Of a stretch of DNA of 64,000 nt, positions 1 through 16,509 are shown one piece after another. The position numbers were made by a program, and so were the translations under genes. The DNA comes from Chrysomallon squamiferum (taxonomy: Eukaryota > Animalia > Mollusca). Each line of letters opens with the position of its first letter. The first letter of the stretch is position 1. Where the stretch lies: contig CM022671.1 in assembly GCA_012295275.1 (NCBI GenBank), positions 34,658,001 to 34,722,000 on the forward strand. Direction: 5' to 3'. The notes beneath the pieces are model-generated. The model was not told the DNA's origin and did no database searches. It saw only the letters and a program-made list of their open reading frames with translations.

Positions 1-38
1 AGCCATCTGACTTTAAAAACCTTAACAACATTTAAATA

Positions 39-1962
<1,924 letters not shown>

Positions 1963-2529
1963 CACTATTCCTTCGCATTACGATTTTTGATCATTACAGC
2001 TGTTATCAGCAATGAACAAACTCTGCGAATAATTTACAGAGGTATCGTTAAACAGTCAGCGTCCGTTCCAGCTTTCCCGAGCCCGACAAACAACACTACA
2101 GACAGCAAGCAGATGCATTGTATTTGTCTTTACGCAACTCCACTCCAAAAACCATCGACAGGTATTAACTACAATCGAAAATCGTTTTGTTCGCCGATAA
2201 AAAACTATTCTTCAGCCGACGCGATCCCTTGATGGTTGGTGACCCGAAATTAATAGTTCTTCGAGAATCGATCAAACATTTCTGTTAACATCAGCTTTTT
2301 GTGAAGAGAAGATTTACACAAAAACAACACAAAAGCTATTTGTTTTGCCCCCAGGAAATTAAAAATCTGTTTTGACAGACGTTTCTGCAGCTAGGTACGG
2401 GGACACAAAATAACTAAATGAATATTATACGCCAGACACTAAGTACAAAGTAATTATCTATATATAGTATAGAAATCCGTCCCAGAATGATCGTAATGTG
2501 GACCTACTTAGTATGGCCTACATTCATTT

Positions 2530-3872
2530 CATTTTGATATACACTGGTATTATGTTATATTATGCTATATTATATTACATTATGTTGTATTGTATTGTAG
2601 TGATTTGTATCGTATTATATTATGTTATATTAATTTACATTGCACAACATTATATTATATTATACCATACCATATTGCATTTTATTGTATTATATCGTAT
2701 CGTATCGTATCATATTGTATTGTATTGTATCGTGTCGTACAGTATCGTATCATAATGTAATATATCGTATCGTATCGTATTATACTGTATAGTAATGTGT
2801 TGTATCGTACAGTATCATATTGTATTGTAATGTATCGTATCGTATCATATTGTATTGTAATGTATCGTATCATATCGTACTGTATTATCTGTCTGTACTG
2901 AACTGTATGTTTTTTTATATGGGCATCGTATTTGTATTTGTGTACGTATGTATGTGTGTATATACGTATGTGTGTGTGTGTGTGTATGTGTGTGTCTACG
3001 TCTATGATAACAATCGAAGAATAGCAACTCCAATTTGTAGATTAAATAATGACACATTATTTTAAGCAATTTCTATTTTCAACACAAGCAAATTCAGATT
3101 TCTAATTAAACATTTCAAATTGGTCTGCTGTTACCGTGTTAAACGTAGTCGTCGTAGCTGATGTCGCTGCAGTTACTAGCACTAACAACGCTACATAAGT
3201 TGAAGAAAGAGTGACTGAGTGAATGGATGAATTAACAAAAGAATGAACGAATGAGAATGAACGAGCGAACGAATCGAATAATAAATTAATGAATGACCGA
3301 AGGAACGAACAAAAACGAATGAATGAATGAAGAAACGAATCCATTAATGAATGAATGAGTGACCGAAGGAATGAATAAGTGAGTCAATTAGTGAATGAGT
3401 GAACGAATGAAAAAACAAATGAATGAGTGAACGAATTAATAAATGAGTGATTGACGGAATGAATGAATGAATTTTAAAACATCTAGAAACGTTTAATTAC
3501 TCGATATCAGTCATATAATAATTTTAGTTCTTTTTTTATTTTTATTTTTTTGATATGTCATGTCTAAATAATGATTTGAAAGAAGAAACCCGTTACCTCT
3601 ACTACAGAAACTATTTTTATGTACCTACCCAAGAACAGGAAAGAAGATGTCAAAGCAGACATGGATTTCTGAAAGGAACAGGAATTACTGCTGCTGCATA
3701 AAAAAACTAAATAAATGAAAGATAGAAAGAAAGAGAGAGAGTGGAGTGAAAGAGAAAGAGAATGGAAGAGGGAGATGGAGACGGTGATACACAGATAAAG
3801 AAAGAAAGGAAGGAGAGAGAGAAAGAAAGAGAGATAAAGAGAGAAAAAGAAGAAGAGAGAGACCCCCGGACC

Positions 3873-3905
<33 letters not shown>

Positions 3906-4120
3906 GACAGAGAAACAGAGAGCGAGAGACAGAGACAGAGATACAGAGAGAGACAGAGACAGAGAAAGAGAGACAGAGACAGACAGACAGACAGAGACAG
4001 AGAGAGACAGAGAAACAGAGAGAAACAGAGGGAGACAGAGAGAGACAGAGACAGAGAGAGACAGAGAGACAGAGAGACAGAGAGACATAGAGAGACAGAG
4101 AGACAGAGAGAGAGACAGAC
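2530..4120. repeat. Compound simple repeats: (TATCG/TATTG)n 2530-2885, (GAAT)n 3215-3470, (GAGACA)n 3875-4120
   Basis: Direct inspection. Confidence 0.9.
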
Positions 4121-4621
4121 GGATAGTGTGTTTACATATGCAGATCGACGACTGGGCAGACAAACACAATAAAAAGAAAATAAACACTGACAAACTCCAG
4201 ACCCTGGGAGGATACAGATGTTATGGTCGTGAAAAAAATAAATCAGCTAATGTCAGTGAACAGACCATTAGAAGAGAAAAGATACACGAGATGACGTGAC
4301 AAGTTATATTACCGCGCTGAAAACAAACACGGTTTCTCACGTAAAACCTCTTACACTGCAGAAAATGTCACTGACTATGAACTCGCAATATAACACCGTT
4401 CAAAACACATGATATGGCTCTAATCAAAATATGTAACAATAAATCAACAAGAGTCAACGTTAGAAAAAAAATATTCATCAGTTAAATATTTCATATAACA
4501 TAATTGTGTGTGTGCGCGCGTGGGTGTAATACAATTCAAAAATATTATACGTATAAAAATTTAATTTGTTTTAAAAAATATTAGTTTTAATAGTTAAATA
4601 TATATCGTAATAGCCGTAGTT

Positions 4622-4654
<33 letters not shown>

Positions 4655-4780
4655 ACAGTAGCAACTGCAATTGCTGTGGTTATGATGATGATGGTATATG
4701 AAACGGAGAGAGAGATCGTTTAATATAAGGCTTATGTTCATTAAGAACAGTGTTAAATAATAATAATAATAATGATGATG

Positions 4781-4850
<70 letters not shown>

Positions 4851-4979
4851 ATGAACAGATAGGTTCCAAAACTTCATAGTCTGGTGGTGCCTGTGATTTA
4901 TTGTGTTAACGAAACGACAGACATCTTACAATATTACATCATTTGCAATAAACAATATCACACCATAAAAATATATAAC

Positions 4980-5319
4980 ATCTGTCGCCATAACAATATC
5001 TGCCCCTATCTCGATCTGACGTCACAGCCTCGCTCTTGTTCAAAAGTTTCCCGGCCTGATCGTCTGCTTGCTCGCAATTAGAGTAGAATCAATTTCGAGC
5101 GACGAAGAATACGATATCGAGGTTCTGTTTTCAGAATAACGCGTTTGCTTGAAGTTTTCTTCAGTTTCGCACACACGAAACAGGTGCTCAGAAATACAAT
5201 GTCGCTTTGGAAAAAGAAGCTGCAGTTTAAGTCTTTTTTCGAGCGCAGAGATTAATACTGATAGCAAACTGTTCGGGAGAAAAGTTTTGACTTGAATGCG
5301 CTTTTTTGCGACAGGCAGA
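4980..5319 (+). promoter_or_regulatory. Putative promoter/5'UTR of gene A with a full CRE (TGACGTCA, 5017-5024)
   Basis: Locally CpG-rich, non-repetitive stretch directly upstream of exon 1; perfect CRE palindrome; Inr-like TCAGTT at 5161. Confidence 0.4.
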
Positions 5320-5383
5320 ATGGAGTGGAAGCAAGCTACATCAAACGTGACGATGTTTTCACTGATAATTGTGACAAGTGTAG
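5320..5383 (+). CDS. Gene A (single 6-Cys module, putative GPI-anchored protein), exon 1: signal peptide MEWKQATSNVTMFSLIIVTSV
   Basis: ATG at 5320, 21 codons plus 1 nt, then a consensus donor G|GTAAGT (5384). Phase 1 matches the acceptor at 24310 and gives ...FSLIIVTSVVFKMAYG|EC, a plausible signal peptide. Joining across 18.9 kb is inferred. Confidence 0.72.
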
Positions 5384-5720
5384 GTAAGTGTGGGGTATTT
5401 GTCTAAACTCGTGTACTATGGGGGGAAACACTTTTTTTTTTAATTTTTTAATTTTTTTTTTAATTTTTTTTTTAATTTTAATTTTTTTTGATTTATCTAT
5501 TTTTATTATTATTATTATTATTATTATTTTTATTTTTTTTATTTTTATTTTTTTTGTCGTCACTTGATAAGGTACCTAAAGTTGAAGAATGGTATGGCTG
5601 TTGTTGTTGTTGTTGTTGTTGTAGTTGTTGTTGTTATTGTTGTTGTTTTCCTGTTACGTTTCTTAAGTTTATCAGATGTCGGCGGATGTAAGTTTACTTT
5701 ATTCAAAGTACATAATTATA

Positions 5721-5800
<80 letters not shown>

Positions 5801-6376
5801 AAATATCGTGATTAATTTTTAGTTTTTAAATTTTTTTTTTTTTTGAATTTATGGTGAGCTGTCTTGGAGGAAGCCCAAGATAAAAGAAAACTCCGAAACA
5901 TTTCAAACTTCAGAGTTTGAAAAGAGTAGGTGTGCCACCGGTCAAAGTCTATTTACTACTTCTTTCTTGAAGTCTAATACTAATACTTTCTAGACCTGTT
6001 TCATCCACAAATTGTCTTCATCTTCTACATCAATTATTTCTGCTGCATGCTTAAATCTCTATTAACTTAGCAAGAAGGAAGAAATCTTTCAACAAGAGAG
6101 CTGAGAAATCTGGCTTTTATCAATAATGTAGTTATTTACTTCTTTTTTTTACTTTTTAAATTTACTTACATGATTCACATGCTGGAAAGTATGAACGCAA
6201 CAGTCAGCTAGGGTTTGTAGTCTTGTAATTTGGACATTGTTTTGAATGTTTATTGCGTATGTACGTACTACATACATATTTTATAGAAAAGCACGCACGT
6301 ACATGTATTCATTATAATATATTCAAAACACACACACACTCACTCACAGACATAAATAAATACATACGTACATACA

Positions 6377-6410
<34 letters not shown>

Positions 6411-6465
6411 CATACACAAACAAACAAAGATATACAAACACAAACACACACATACATACATGTGA

Positions 6466-6504
<39 letters not shown>

Positions 6505-7619
6505 CATACAAATACAAACTCACACACATACACACACACACATACACACGCATATATATACACACATACATACGTCTCATAGCGACAATATAATACAACG
6601 TACACATTGTAATCATAAAATCACCCCCAAATCGTCGCTTGCTGGTGATAATTTTGAATATTTCTGGTTACAACAATTACACAGTTTAACAACGTAATGT
6701 CTCTTTAGCCTGCGACAACTCATCATCAGATCGCCTGGTGGGTGAGAAAGACAGCCAGAGGATTAAATTAAAACACAGTGCGCTGTGTCTTTGTGATGAC
6801 AGGCAGTCATGTCACGTTTTTCTCTTCATCTCCGTATAGTCTCGATAGTAATTTACTTGTTTTGGGTTTCCGCAGAGATTTTCTTAACCTCTTAACGAAT
6901 CTTTTGTTAGTAAGCACTCCCTAGTTTTCTCTTTTTTTTTTTTTTTTTTTTTGTCTTCTTTTATTTCACGGTTCAAAATCAATATTTATTTTCGTGTTGT
7001 TTGTTCAAATGTTTTGACATATTTTCTCTTTTCTCTCTCTCTCTCTCTATCACACTTGCGGTATAAAATCTCATTTCTCGTGAAAAAAACAACAAATAAA
7101 TGAAAAACGAACAAAAAAAACAGAAAAAGGTTTTCGTCAATATTCGGTTATTTCCGTCTCATTTTCCCACTACATCCGACATCCGACAGAATGAACGCGA
7201 ATTAAAGGTCATCATTTTCAACGTCTCGAGCTGTAAACAAGAACAATCGTCTATACTGGGAAGCTTTGTGTATTTAAGGCTATTGTATCTCGTAGACTTT
7301 ATGTTTCTCTTAAATGGAAGAGTGGCCAACGCATTTCACATATGTCAATACCTTAATGGCTGCGATGCATTTTTTCAGACGTTATAATATTCACATTCTT
7401 TGTTTTCGTGTTTTTGCCCTTCCATTATCCTACTTTAATTTTATTTTTTTATTATTTTTTTCATTATGACTACTTTTATAATCGAAATTTTCTCTTTTTT
7501 CTTTTCTGACCTTTCTAAAAGCAAAACAAATTCTGTTAACATTTTGTTTTTTCTTTAATTCCCTTTCTAATTTGATACCATTAACATTTCACCAATTATG
7601 TGTTGTCCTTATTCTAGCA

Positions 7620-7985
7620 CAAGTGGTAGTAGTAGTAGTAGTAGTAGTAGTAGCAGAAACAATAGTACTAGTAGTATCAGTACTTGTACTAGTAGCAGTA
7701 GTAGTAGTAATAGTAGTATAGTAGCAGCAGCAGTAGTAAAGTGCTACTATTACTATCAGTAATGGCGGTGGTAGTAGTAGTAGTAGCAGCAGCAGAAACA
7801 ATAGTACTAGAAGTATCAGTACTTGTAGTTGTAGTGGTAGTAGTAGTAGTAATAGTATCAGTAGTAACAGTACTTGTGGTAGTAGTAGTAGTAGTAACTA
7901 GTTGTGGTAGTAGCAGTATTAGTAGTAGTAACAGTACGTACTGAAGTAGTATAACAGCACTTGTAGTAGTAGTAATAGTAATAGA
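7620..7985. repeat. (TAG/CAG)n degenerate trinucleotide repeat; similar tract at ~19990-20490
   Basis: Direct inspection. Confidence 0.9.
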
Positions 7986-8252
7986 GCTGATGTTTCTGCT
8001 GCTGGCAATAACAGCGATGATGGTGTTAAAAGCTGAATTTGTTATTGTTGATGTTGTTGCTTTCGTCCTTGTTTTAGCCCTATCGTTTTGTACAGTGATT
8101 GTACGACGTCGTTCCGTAAAAACAGCAAATAAAAGTTTGTCTGGCTTCTCCTCCATTTTATTCTTTTTACAGCGCTGTTTCAAAGCTTCTGATGATGTAA
8201 CATTATGTTGTAGGTTGAAACAAAATATTTATAGTACTTACTCCAACCAACG

Positions 8253-8351
<99 letters not shown>

Positions 8352-8680
8352 TGGAAAAACGAGAGTCTTTTGTTCATAACACTAAAGGTATTATAAAGAA
8401 AGAAGAACATTTAAGAAAACATATCTATGAGCGTATATGAAATGTAAGCCTTTTACAGGAGATATTTGTCTAGACAAGTAATGACATTAATATCGTTTGA
8501 GGTTGTACAAATAGAACTTGACAAGACACTTAATGAGGCCTAATTGTACATTGTTTTTGAAAAAGGTAGCTGTTAAAGGGGCAGAAAGAAAGTGAGAGTA
8601 ACAGTGTGTGTGTGAAAGAGTGAGAAAAGATGGAGATAAGAATTGAGGTAGAATAAATGGAGAATAATTGATAGCGATAC

Positions 8681-8787
<107 letters not shown>

Positions 8788-9422
8788 GAGTATAAAAGAG
8801 ACCTAATGAAAAACGAGTTTGTTGTTCATAACATTAAAGGTGTTATAAAGAGAAGAGAAATATTAAGATAATTTCTGTCATCAATATGCAGAGGAGTTCT
8901 GACAATGGACATCATTAACAAAGTTATTATGGTAATAAGAAGTTATCCTTGCTTTCTATCTGTGTCCTTGCATGTGACATGCACTAAAGTTAGCGGCTAT
9001 CAACTTCGAGCATTCCTCCGTGGACTTTAGCAAAACGAATTTCCTGATCGCTTTAATTTTCTGATTTAGAAATTTTGTCTGACTCGCTTCCGGGAGAAAC
9101 CAAAGCAAAATACAAATGAGTTCCTTTTTCTGTGTTTTATAAAACTGTTCTATTTTCGTATGAACTACCGAACTCTCTCTCTCTGTTATAAACGATGCAA
9201 ATTTTGAGAATTAGTTGAATGCTGTTATAAGTCTGTTTTGTGGCCAGTTCCATCAGATTACAAACTGAAACATATCAGCAGCCTATATCTTTGTGAAGAA
9301 TTAATTTAGTTCTTCTTCTTCTTCTTCTTCTTCTTCTGTGTTAAAAAAAATGAAAGCACGAGTATCTGTGTGTGTGAATGTGGATCTGAATGAGTGTATA
9401 AAATTATACAAATAAACAAAGA

Positions 9423-9595
<173 letters not shown>

Positions 9596-10699
9596 ATCCA
9601 CCTATCTATCTCTCTGAGGGTATTTCTATATATATATTTTTAAAATAAAGTTTGGACTCCTTCTCTTACAGACCGAATCTGATATGCATCACTATACACT
9701 ACAATTACATAAGCCCCTGTAAAATGAAACACCATTCCTGTTTTCCTTCTTGCTTTATCAAGAAAATCTGCGAAAATCAAAACAAGCAAAAACTTTCAGT
9801 GTAAACGGATCAGCTGAAAAAAGAAATTAGAAATCAGCACATTTCTTTTTTTATTTCACTTCCATAATGAAAATCCCAGTTCACTAATCTGATACACCAT
9901 CTAATGAACTTTTCACCCAGAGTGAACAATGAAACACAAATGTTTGGCCGGTGTCATGTATCAGCTTTATTGACAGTGCTCATGTGTTAATATAATATAT
10001 GGCATAGCATATACGAAACTCTGTGTGTGTATATATGTGTGTGTGTGTGTTTGTGTGTATATGTGTGTCTTTATGTGGGGCTTGTGTGTGGGTAGATGTG
10101 TATGTATATATGTACGTATGTACTATGTATGTATGCATGTATGTACATATGTATATATCTTTGTACGTATATATGTGTGTACGCATTATGTATATGTATA
10201 TGTATGTATATACGTACGTAGTATTAGTAGTATGTACGTACGCACCTAAGTATGCATGTATGTAAGTACGTATGTGTTTCTATGTATAGTTATTTTTTTT
10301 TTTATGCTTTCGTTGATGTCATTCACCTATCTCAGTCCTGATAAACACGCACAGACACAAATGTCACTGACTTCACTACATAAACCCGCCACGTAACTCT
10401 GATTTAGATTGATAAAAACAAGAATCTCGGTGTATAACAGTATATAGCAGTAATTACATAACATCCAAGTGTGTGTTTTAATAACGTTTCATAATCGAAA
10501 CTTTCGAGTGTATTTTTCTACTTCATTTGGTCTGTAAATATTACCACGATGCTTCATTGCGTCTTCCTACTCATTTCGGTTGAAACTGCAATGAATTCTG
10601 ATATAAAAGTAAATCAGACAGAACAGAAACTGGTGAAATGTCGATATTAAGAGATTTCTACCGCTCGGCTTCTTATATTTGTTTGATATATTACAGTAA

Positions 10700-11000
10700 A
10701 TCAAATAATACATTGAAATAATATTGTCATATGTAAAAATAACATCATAATATTCAGTGATAAAATTTTCATAAATAAAAATAACGTTGTCATAAGTTAA
10801 AATAACACTGATAAATATAAATAACGTTGTCATAAGTAAAAATGGCATTATCATAAATACAAATAACGTTTTCATAAGTAAAAATAACACTGTTATAAAT
10901 ATAAATGACGTTGTCATAAATAAGAATAACATTTCATACATACAAATAACACTGTTATATTAAAAAATAGCATTGCCATACGTAAAAATAACATTTTATA
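10700..11000. repeat. Degenerate ~20-21-bp tandem repeat (AAATAAC...ATAA(G/A)TA)
   Basis: Recurring aaataac motif at about 20-21 nt spacing. Confidence 0.65.
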
Positions 11001-11443
11001 TGAGAAGAAATCTGTTGACCCAGCTTCATGCTCTGCTTTTTTTTCTATTAGCGGCAAGTAGTATTTAATATGAACCTTCCCACTGAATGCACACCTCACG
11101 GTTACATTAGAAAAATCAAGTTTTTAAATATGTGCTCTGTTCTTACCAGTCTTTTGAAGTGAAAATATCTTTAGTCGTCAATCGAAAATCATATCAACAA
11201 CATGGAAGAAATACTTAACATTTTGATACAAAAATTATCGATATGAAACAATTAATATAATTCATTTTCAGGTTTAATGTAAATATATTTTGTTTTTATA
11301 TTCATTTAGGGAGTATTTAACTGAGTATTTAGATTCCACTGCGAATGCAGATTCCGACAGTATATAAGATAATATTTAGTTGAAGAAACAAACGTAGATG
11401 AATAGCAACTTTTAGCCAAATGAATTATCACCCACTCAACAAT

Positions 11444-12980
11444 ACGGCGAAAATAACTGGACAACCAGCACAGTAGTATGACGTCATTACTACGCAATAA
11501 AACTAAATGGACCACACTTTTGTTCTGTTAATAATGAAAGCTATTAACGTTGTCCATGTAATAGAGTGGAAGCCCGGAAAAAGACCGATGTAACAAAACA
11601 GTACTGGTAAGGCTAATGACTGGATTATGTAATCTGTTTTCATGTTAAACAGTCATACGCAGCAAGCGGGATTTAAGTCAACATTCGCACTTGTTGAAGG
11701 CCATAAACATACATACAGACACAATTACATACCTACTCACAAACAGGCAGAAAATATGACAGAAGGACATTACAGACATGGTTAATCGAAATCGGGGGGA
11801 AATTTGCCACCCTTCACGAATCCCTGTCATTCAGTTTACGGTGAGTTGCGGCAACTTTTTTCTTCTTTTTCTCTATAATATAAAAGATTTTGATCCTCAT
11901 TAGATGGCCATTTGCAGATGGTAACAGTTCGGTGCGTAAAGGTTATTTCGTAAATCCCATCATGAATATGCTTTACCTCTGCAGAAGAGAGTTCACTGTC
12001 GTACACTGTTATTCAGCAACCCACCAGTCATCAATTTGGATTAGCTGTACTTCTGTCGTATCAGTAGGTGGCTCATCTGCAGACAGATGAATTTCTTTAC
12101 AAGTTTTCACTTCATCATTTGACAGAATGAAGGGGGACAGAGCCACCACTCTGAATGCATCGAAAAATTCCTTTGATTTTTTTTTTTTTTCTTGAAAATA
12201 TCTCAGGAAATTACCAAAGAGGAAGTAGTAAAGACATGTGGGTAAAATATCTTCGTTCTGCATGTCGTTTAGAGGTAATCAGTGACACCGACGTCTGCGC
12301 TAAAGATGCTGAATGAGTGAGACAGTCGTAAAGATTTTTTTCTTCTTAACTTGTAGGAACGTGATGATGTCTGTGTTACTGCATCCACTTTTTCCTGTGA
12401 CAGTTTTCTCTCGTATCTCAAATACAAATCACGTAGTTTCAAAACTGACTGACTTAATCTTAACTTTGCTTTGGCTCATTCCAAGAGAATTAGAAACAAC
12501 ATGAGTATATCTCTTTAAATTTTCTTCTCACATAGCCTTTTAGATTATTTTTTGAGTGTGTATGACAGACATTACACTGAGCACATTACTTTAAATCCAA
12601 TTTGCGAGGACCTACTTTCTGAAAATCTTTTTAGCTTCTGTATTCTTTAAAATGATGCTGCTGAAATTAGAAACTGAGTGGAACTGAAGAATCGTCACCA
12701 GTCTGGATATTTTGATAGGTGTAGTTTGCAGCCTCGAAATTACGTAATACGCGTTGATGTCAGAATGAAGAGGTGAAATTTACGAGTCAAAAACAACTTT
12801 CAGTTTTTCTTCACACTGGGAGTTTTGTGAACACATTTTGACCCTTCACATTCTGAAACAATAAAATGTACCTTTCAGCCAAATGAATATTCATTCACCC
12901 ACTCAACAAACCCATGTGTCTCTACACGGCGAAAATAACTGGACAACCAGCACAGTAGTATGACGTCATTACTACGCAAT
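11444..12980. repeat. Perfect 55-bp direct repeat (11444-11498 and 12926-12980) containing a CRE palindrome
   Basis: Identical ACGGCGAAAATAACTGGACAACCAGCACAGTAGTATGACGTCATTACTACGCAAT at both sites, with further imperfect similarity upstream. Confidence 0.9.
11880..12170 (-). pseudogene. Decayed transposase-associated Tudor-like C-terminal domain
   Basis: Frameshifted minus-strand translation IQIDDWWVA/VYDSELSSAEVKHIHDGIYEITFTHRTVTICKWPSNEDQ matches a W-V-x-Y-D...K-W-P-x-x-E-D pattern I associate with invertebrate DNA-transposon C-termini. Confidence 0.35.
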
Positions 12981-13820
12981 TCCCCCAGTACTAAAAGTAA
13001 TTCTAAACTTAATACTCAATTCTGCGACAGACACGCCCGCTGACCTGTCAGAAAGCGTGCCCGTCGTAGACGTGCTTCACAACAGCTTGCTCTGATTAGC
13101 ACGTTAATGTTTTTCAGTTTCAGTTTCAGTTAATACTCAAAATAACAACAATAACAACAACGACGACTACGACAACAATAAAAAGGACGACAAAGAAAAC
13201 AACAACATTAACTTAAGGCATTAAAGAGGTGGACCCAATAATATTCATTTAAATATGATGTCTTAAATTAAAAAAAGTTTTCCAACAAAAGACTACATGA
13301 AAGTCGTCCTCATAGTGTGTATGTCCGTGTGTATGTGTGTGCGAACGTGTGTGTGTGCGTGTGTGTGTGTGTGTGGATATATACATTATCTCAGAATTTT
13401 GTTCTGATTCTCAAATTCATGTAATGTGAGCTTTAACTAAATTTAATAATTAATATTTTAATAATGTAAAGAAAACATTTTAATGAGAAAATTTTGTTAT
13501 CTGATATCTGAACAAACTCGTACTAACTAGAAAGACAGACAACACAAAACAGGTAGAAATTATCATACAAGCAGCCAAGTAATCCAATAATGTTTACAAA
13601 GAAGCTTTTGTCCGAAATATATTAATTAACATCCTCAATATCACGGAGATAATTTTTTCTTTTATTTTCTCACTAGTTAATAACGCCCTATTGTTCTTAG
13701 AGATTAGATGCTTACAACTTGTCTAAGGCAATGTCGACCGATATATGGATTTGCACAAAAAAACAAGAAAATTTCAACAACAAAAAATGATTAATAATAA
13801 TAAACAAATAAAGAATACCA

Positions 13821-13860
<40 letters not shown>

Positions 13861-14310
13861 AAAAAATAGAAAGAAAAAGGAAAGAAAAGATAAAAAAAAA
13901 ATAATAATAATAACAAAAAGGTTTCTATGTAAAATTAAGCATTGGATTTCTTGTACTTATTCCCTACTGTTCTCTAGTTAGACAACCTGTTTATTTGTTC
14001 TGAACTTCTCTCTCTGTAACAGTTTATAATGGATCTACGTAAGCTGTTCCTTGTCTGACACACTTGTTACATTATGGAATCTGTTATTATCAGACTAGCA
14101 GACAATGGCAAAGTGCTCTAAATCTGACCTCAAAGTGGGTTTTGTTTTTCTTTCTGTCAGATGAGTTTGTCAGAGTTTCCAAATAGGTAATAATTGTAAG
14201 GGTAAGTTTTGATAAGCGAACAAAGACCACAAAATGACGTTATTGATGAAATTAGCGATAAATAGTCTCGCAGACAAAGCCAGTAATTGCTTAAGTTTTG
14301 AGAGAACGGG

Positions 14311-14387
<77 letters not shown>

Positions 14388-14906
14388 GAGAGAGATACAG
14401 AGAGTGCATGAGAGATAAATAGAGGAATAGAGATAGCGAGAGAAAGTGAGATAACGAGTGTGAGAGAGAGAAAGAGAAATAGAGAAAGTCAGAGAATATG
14501 AGAATCAGAGAGAATGACAGAGAGCGACAGACAAGAGAAAGTGATTGTTGTTTGTTTCAGATTTTCATAATTCAAAAAACAAAAAATGCTGATATCTTTT
14601 CTTAGTTGATCCGTTTAAAATGAAAGTTTTTCCTTGCTTTATGTTTCACAAAATACCTTAATAAAGCAAGATAAAAAAAACCCAGGAATGATGTTTCATT
14701 TTTACAGAGGCGGATTTAAAACTGAAATAGAATTGTTGTAAAGAGAGATGAGTATCAGGTTCAACCAAAATAGTAGGCTACAACAGTTTGTTTTTAAAGC
14801 CAGACATACAGATGAACAAATAGTAATAAAAAGAAGGTAAGCGTACAAAAACAAGAACAGAAAGAGAGAGAGAGCGAGCGAGCGAGAGAGAGACAGAAAG
14901 ACAGAC

Positions 14907-14937
<31 letters not shown>

Positions 14938-16509
14938 GAAAGACAGAGAGAGAGAGAGAGAATAATATAATATAATATAATATAATATAAAATAATATAA
15001 TATAATTCTTATGACCTTAAGTAAATGTGAATTAATTGCATTATCTTACTGCAGCTCTCAAAACAATCACTACATGCTGCTACTGGTATTCGAACCCAGT
15101 CTGAATCATTCCGGAGAGCTCTAAGAATCGCTTGCTAATTAAAAACGAAGTGTTTCAAAGTATCGCTTGTGATCTTTCCAGTTTCTGGCAGCCGAGTAGC
15201 TACCCACCTGAAGCAGAAAGCGCGTGTATCAAAGGCGATGACTGAAATGACTAACAGTTCATCTCTCTGGTTTACCGAAGCAGTAATAACGTAAACTGAA
15301 GATAACTGTTTCCTGTAACATGCGATGATATCCATTCTGAAGTCAAAGACGATCCATAAAATTAAGGGGTAGAAAATACTAAATAAAAAAATAAAAATAT
15401 TAAAAAAAAAAAAAATGCAGATGAAAAGAACGTAATTACAGTGAAATTAACAACAGTTTAGATTTGTTGTTGTTGTTGTTGTTTTTTACAATAGTATTCT
15501 CGATTTTTAAGTTTCATAAAAAAAAACCCCACATCAATCCCAAATAAATTAACATGATACCATTGCAGCAAATATTTTTAATTCGCAGCTTTTCTTCATT
15601 ATTTTTTTTTTTTACTTCTTCTTTATGTACTTTCTGTTTTTCAAAGGTGGCTTAAAGTACAAAAAATGAATATAATATAATAAAACAAAAAATTGTAAAA
15701 TGATTTTTTTTTTCTTTATAGTCTCTTCTCAGACGTTATTTTTGATGTAATATAAAATTTGTACAGACGTCAGCTACTTCCGTTTCCGTTCCGTTAAATC
15801 ATATTTTGTGAAAAAAAAAAATGTCAAAGAATGTCGAAGCGAATTTCCCGCTACTTAATCAAAAGTGAAAATCAGAAAGGATTACTGTACGCCCACAGAC
15901 TTCGTAATAAAAATAATAGTAATAAATAATAACTTAAAAATAAAAACGATTAATGACGAATGCTTTGTTTATTTTTTATAATGTATATAAAAATAAATAA
16001 ATGTACACAACGACAAGTGCACACACACACACACACACATACATACACACACACACACACACATATTTATATATATACACATATACATATACATATGCAT
16101 ATATATTATTATATTTATTTACTTACTTACTTACTTAATTACTTATATATATATATATATATAATTACATTCACTATAAGAGTAGTAACAGAAAAAAAAA
16201 ATAATAGTATTAATTATAATAATTACGACTTGTTTTACCGCCAGTCTGTCTATTAAGATCAATGAGTCTTGTATAGACACATTACTACAGTGTAGAGTAA
16301 ACACATTTTTTTTGTTTTTTTTTTTTTTTTTTTTTTTTTACGTACCAATAATTAGACGCTAGTGATGGAACGAGATATTGCTCACCTGACTAACCATACA
16401 GGTGTGATCACGTGACCTGAGCCGGCATTCTAAACACTGAACAGAAAGCTCTTCCCAGAAGTAAACGAGAACTCAATTTATCTTTATTTTACTTGCGTTC
16501 TTACTTATT

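Noticed and set aside
6320-6570. Apparent palindromes and a ~100-bp duplication
   Set aside because: Adjacent (CA)n, (TG)n and (TA)n tracts produce this trivially.
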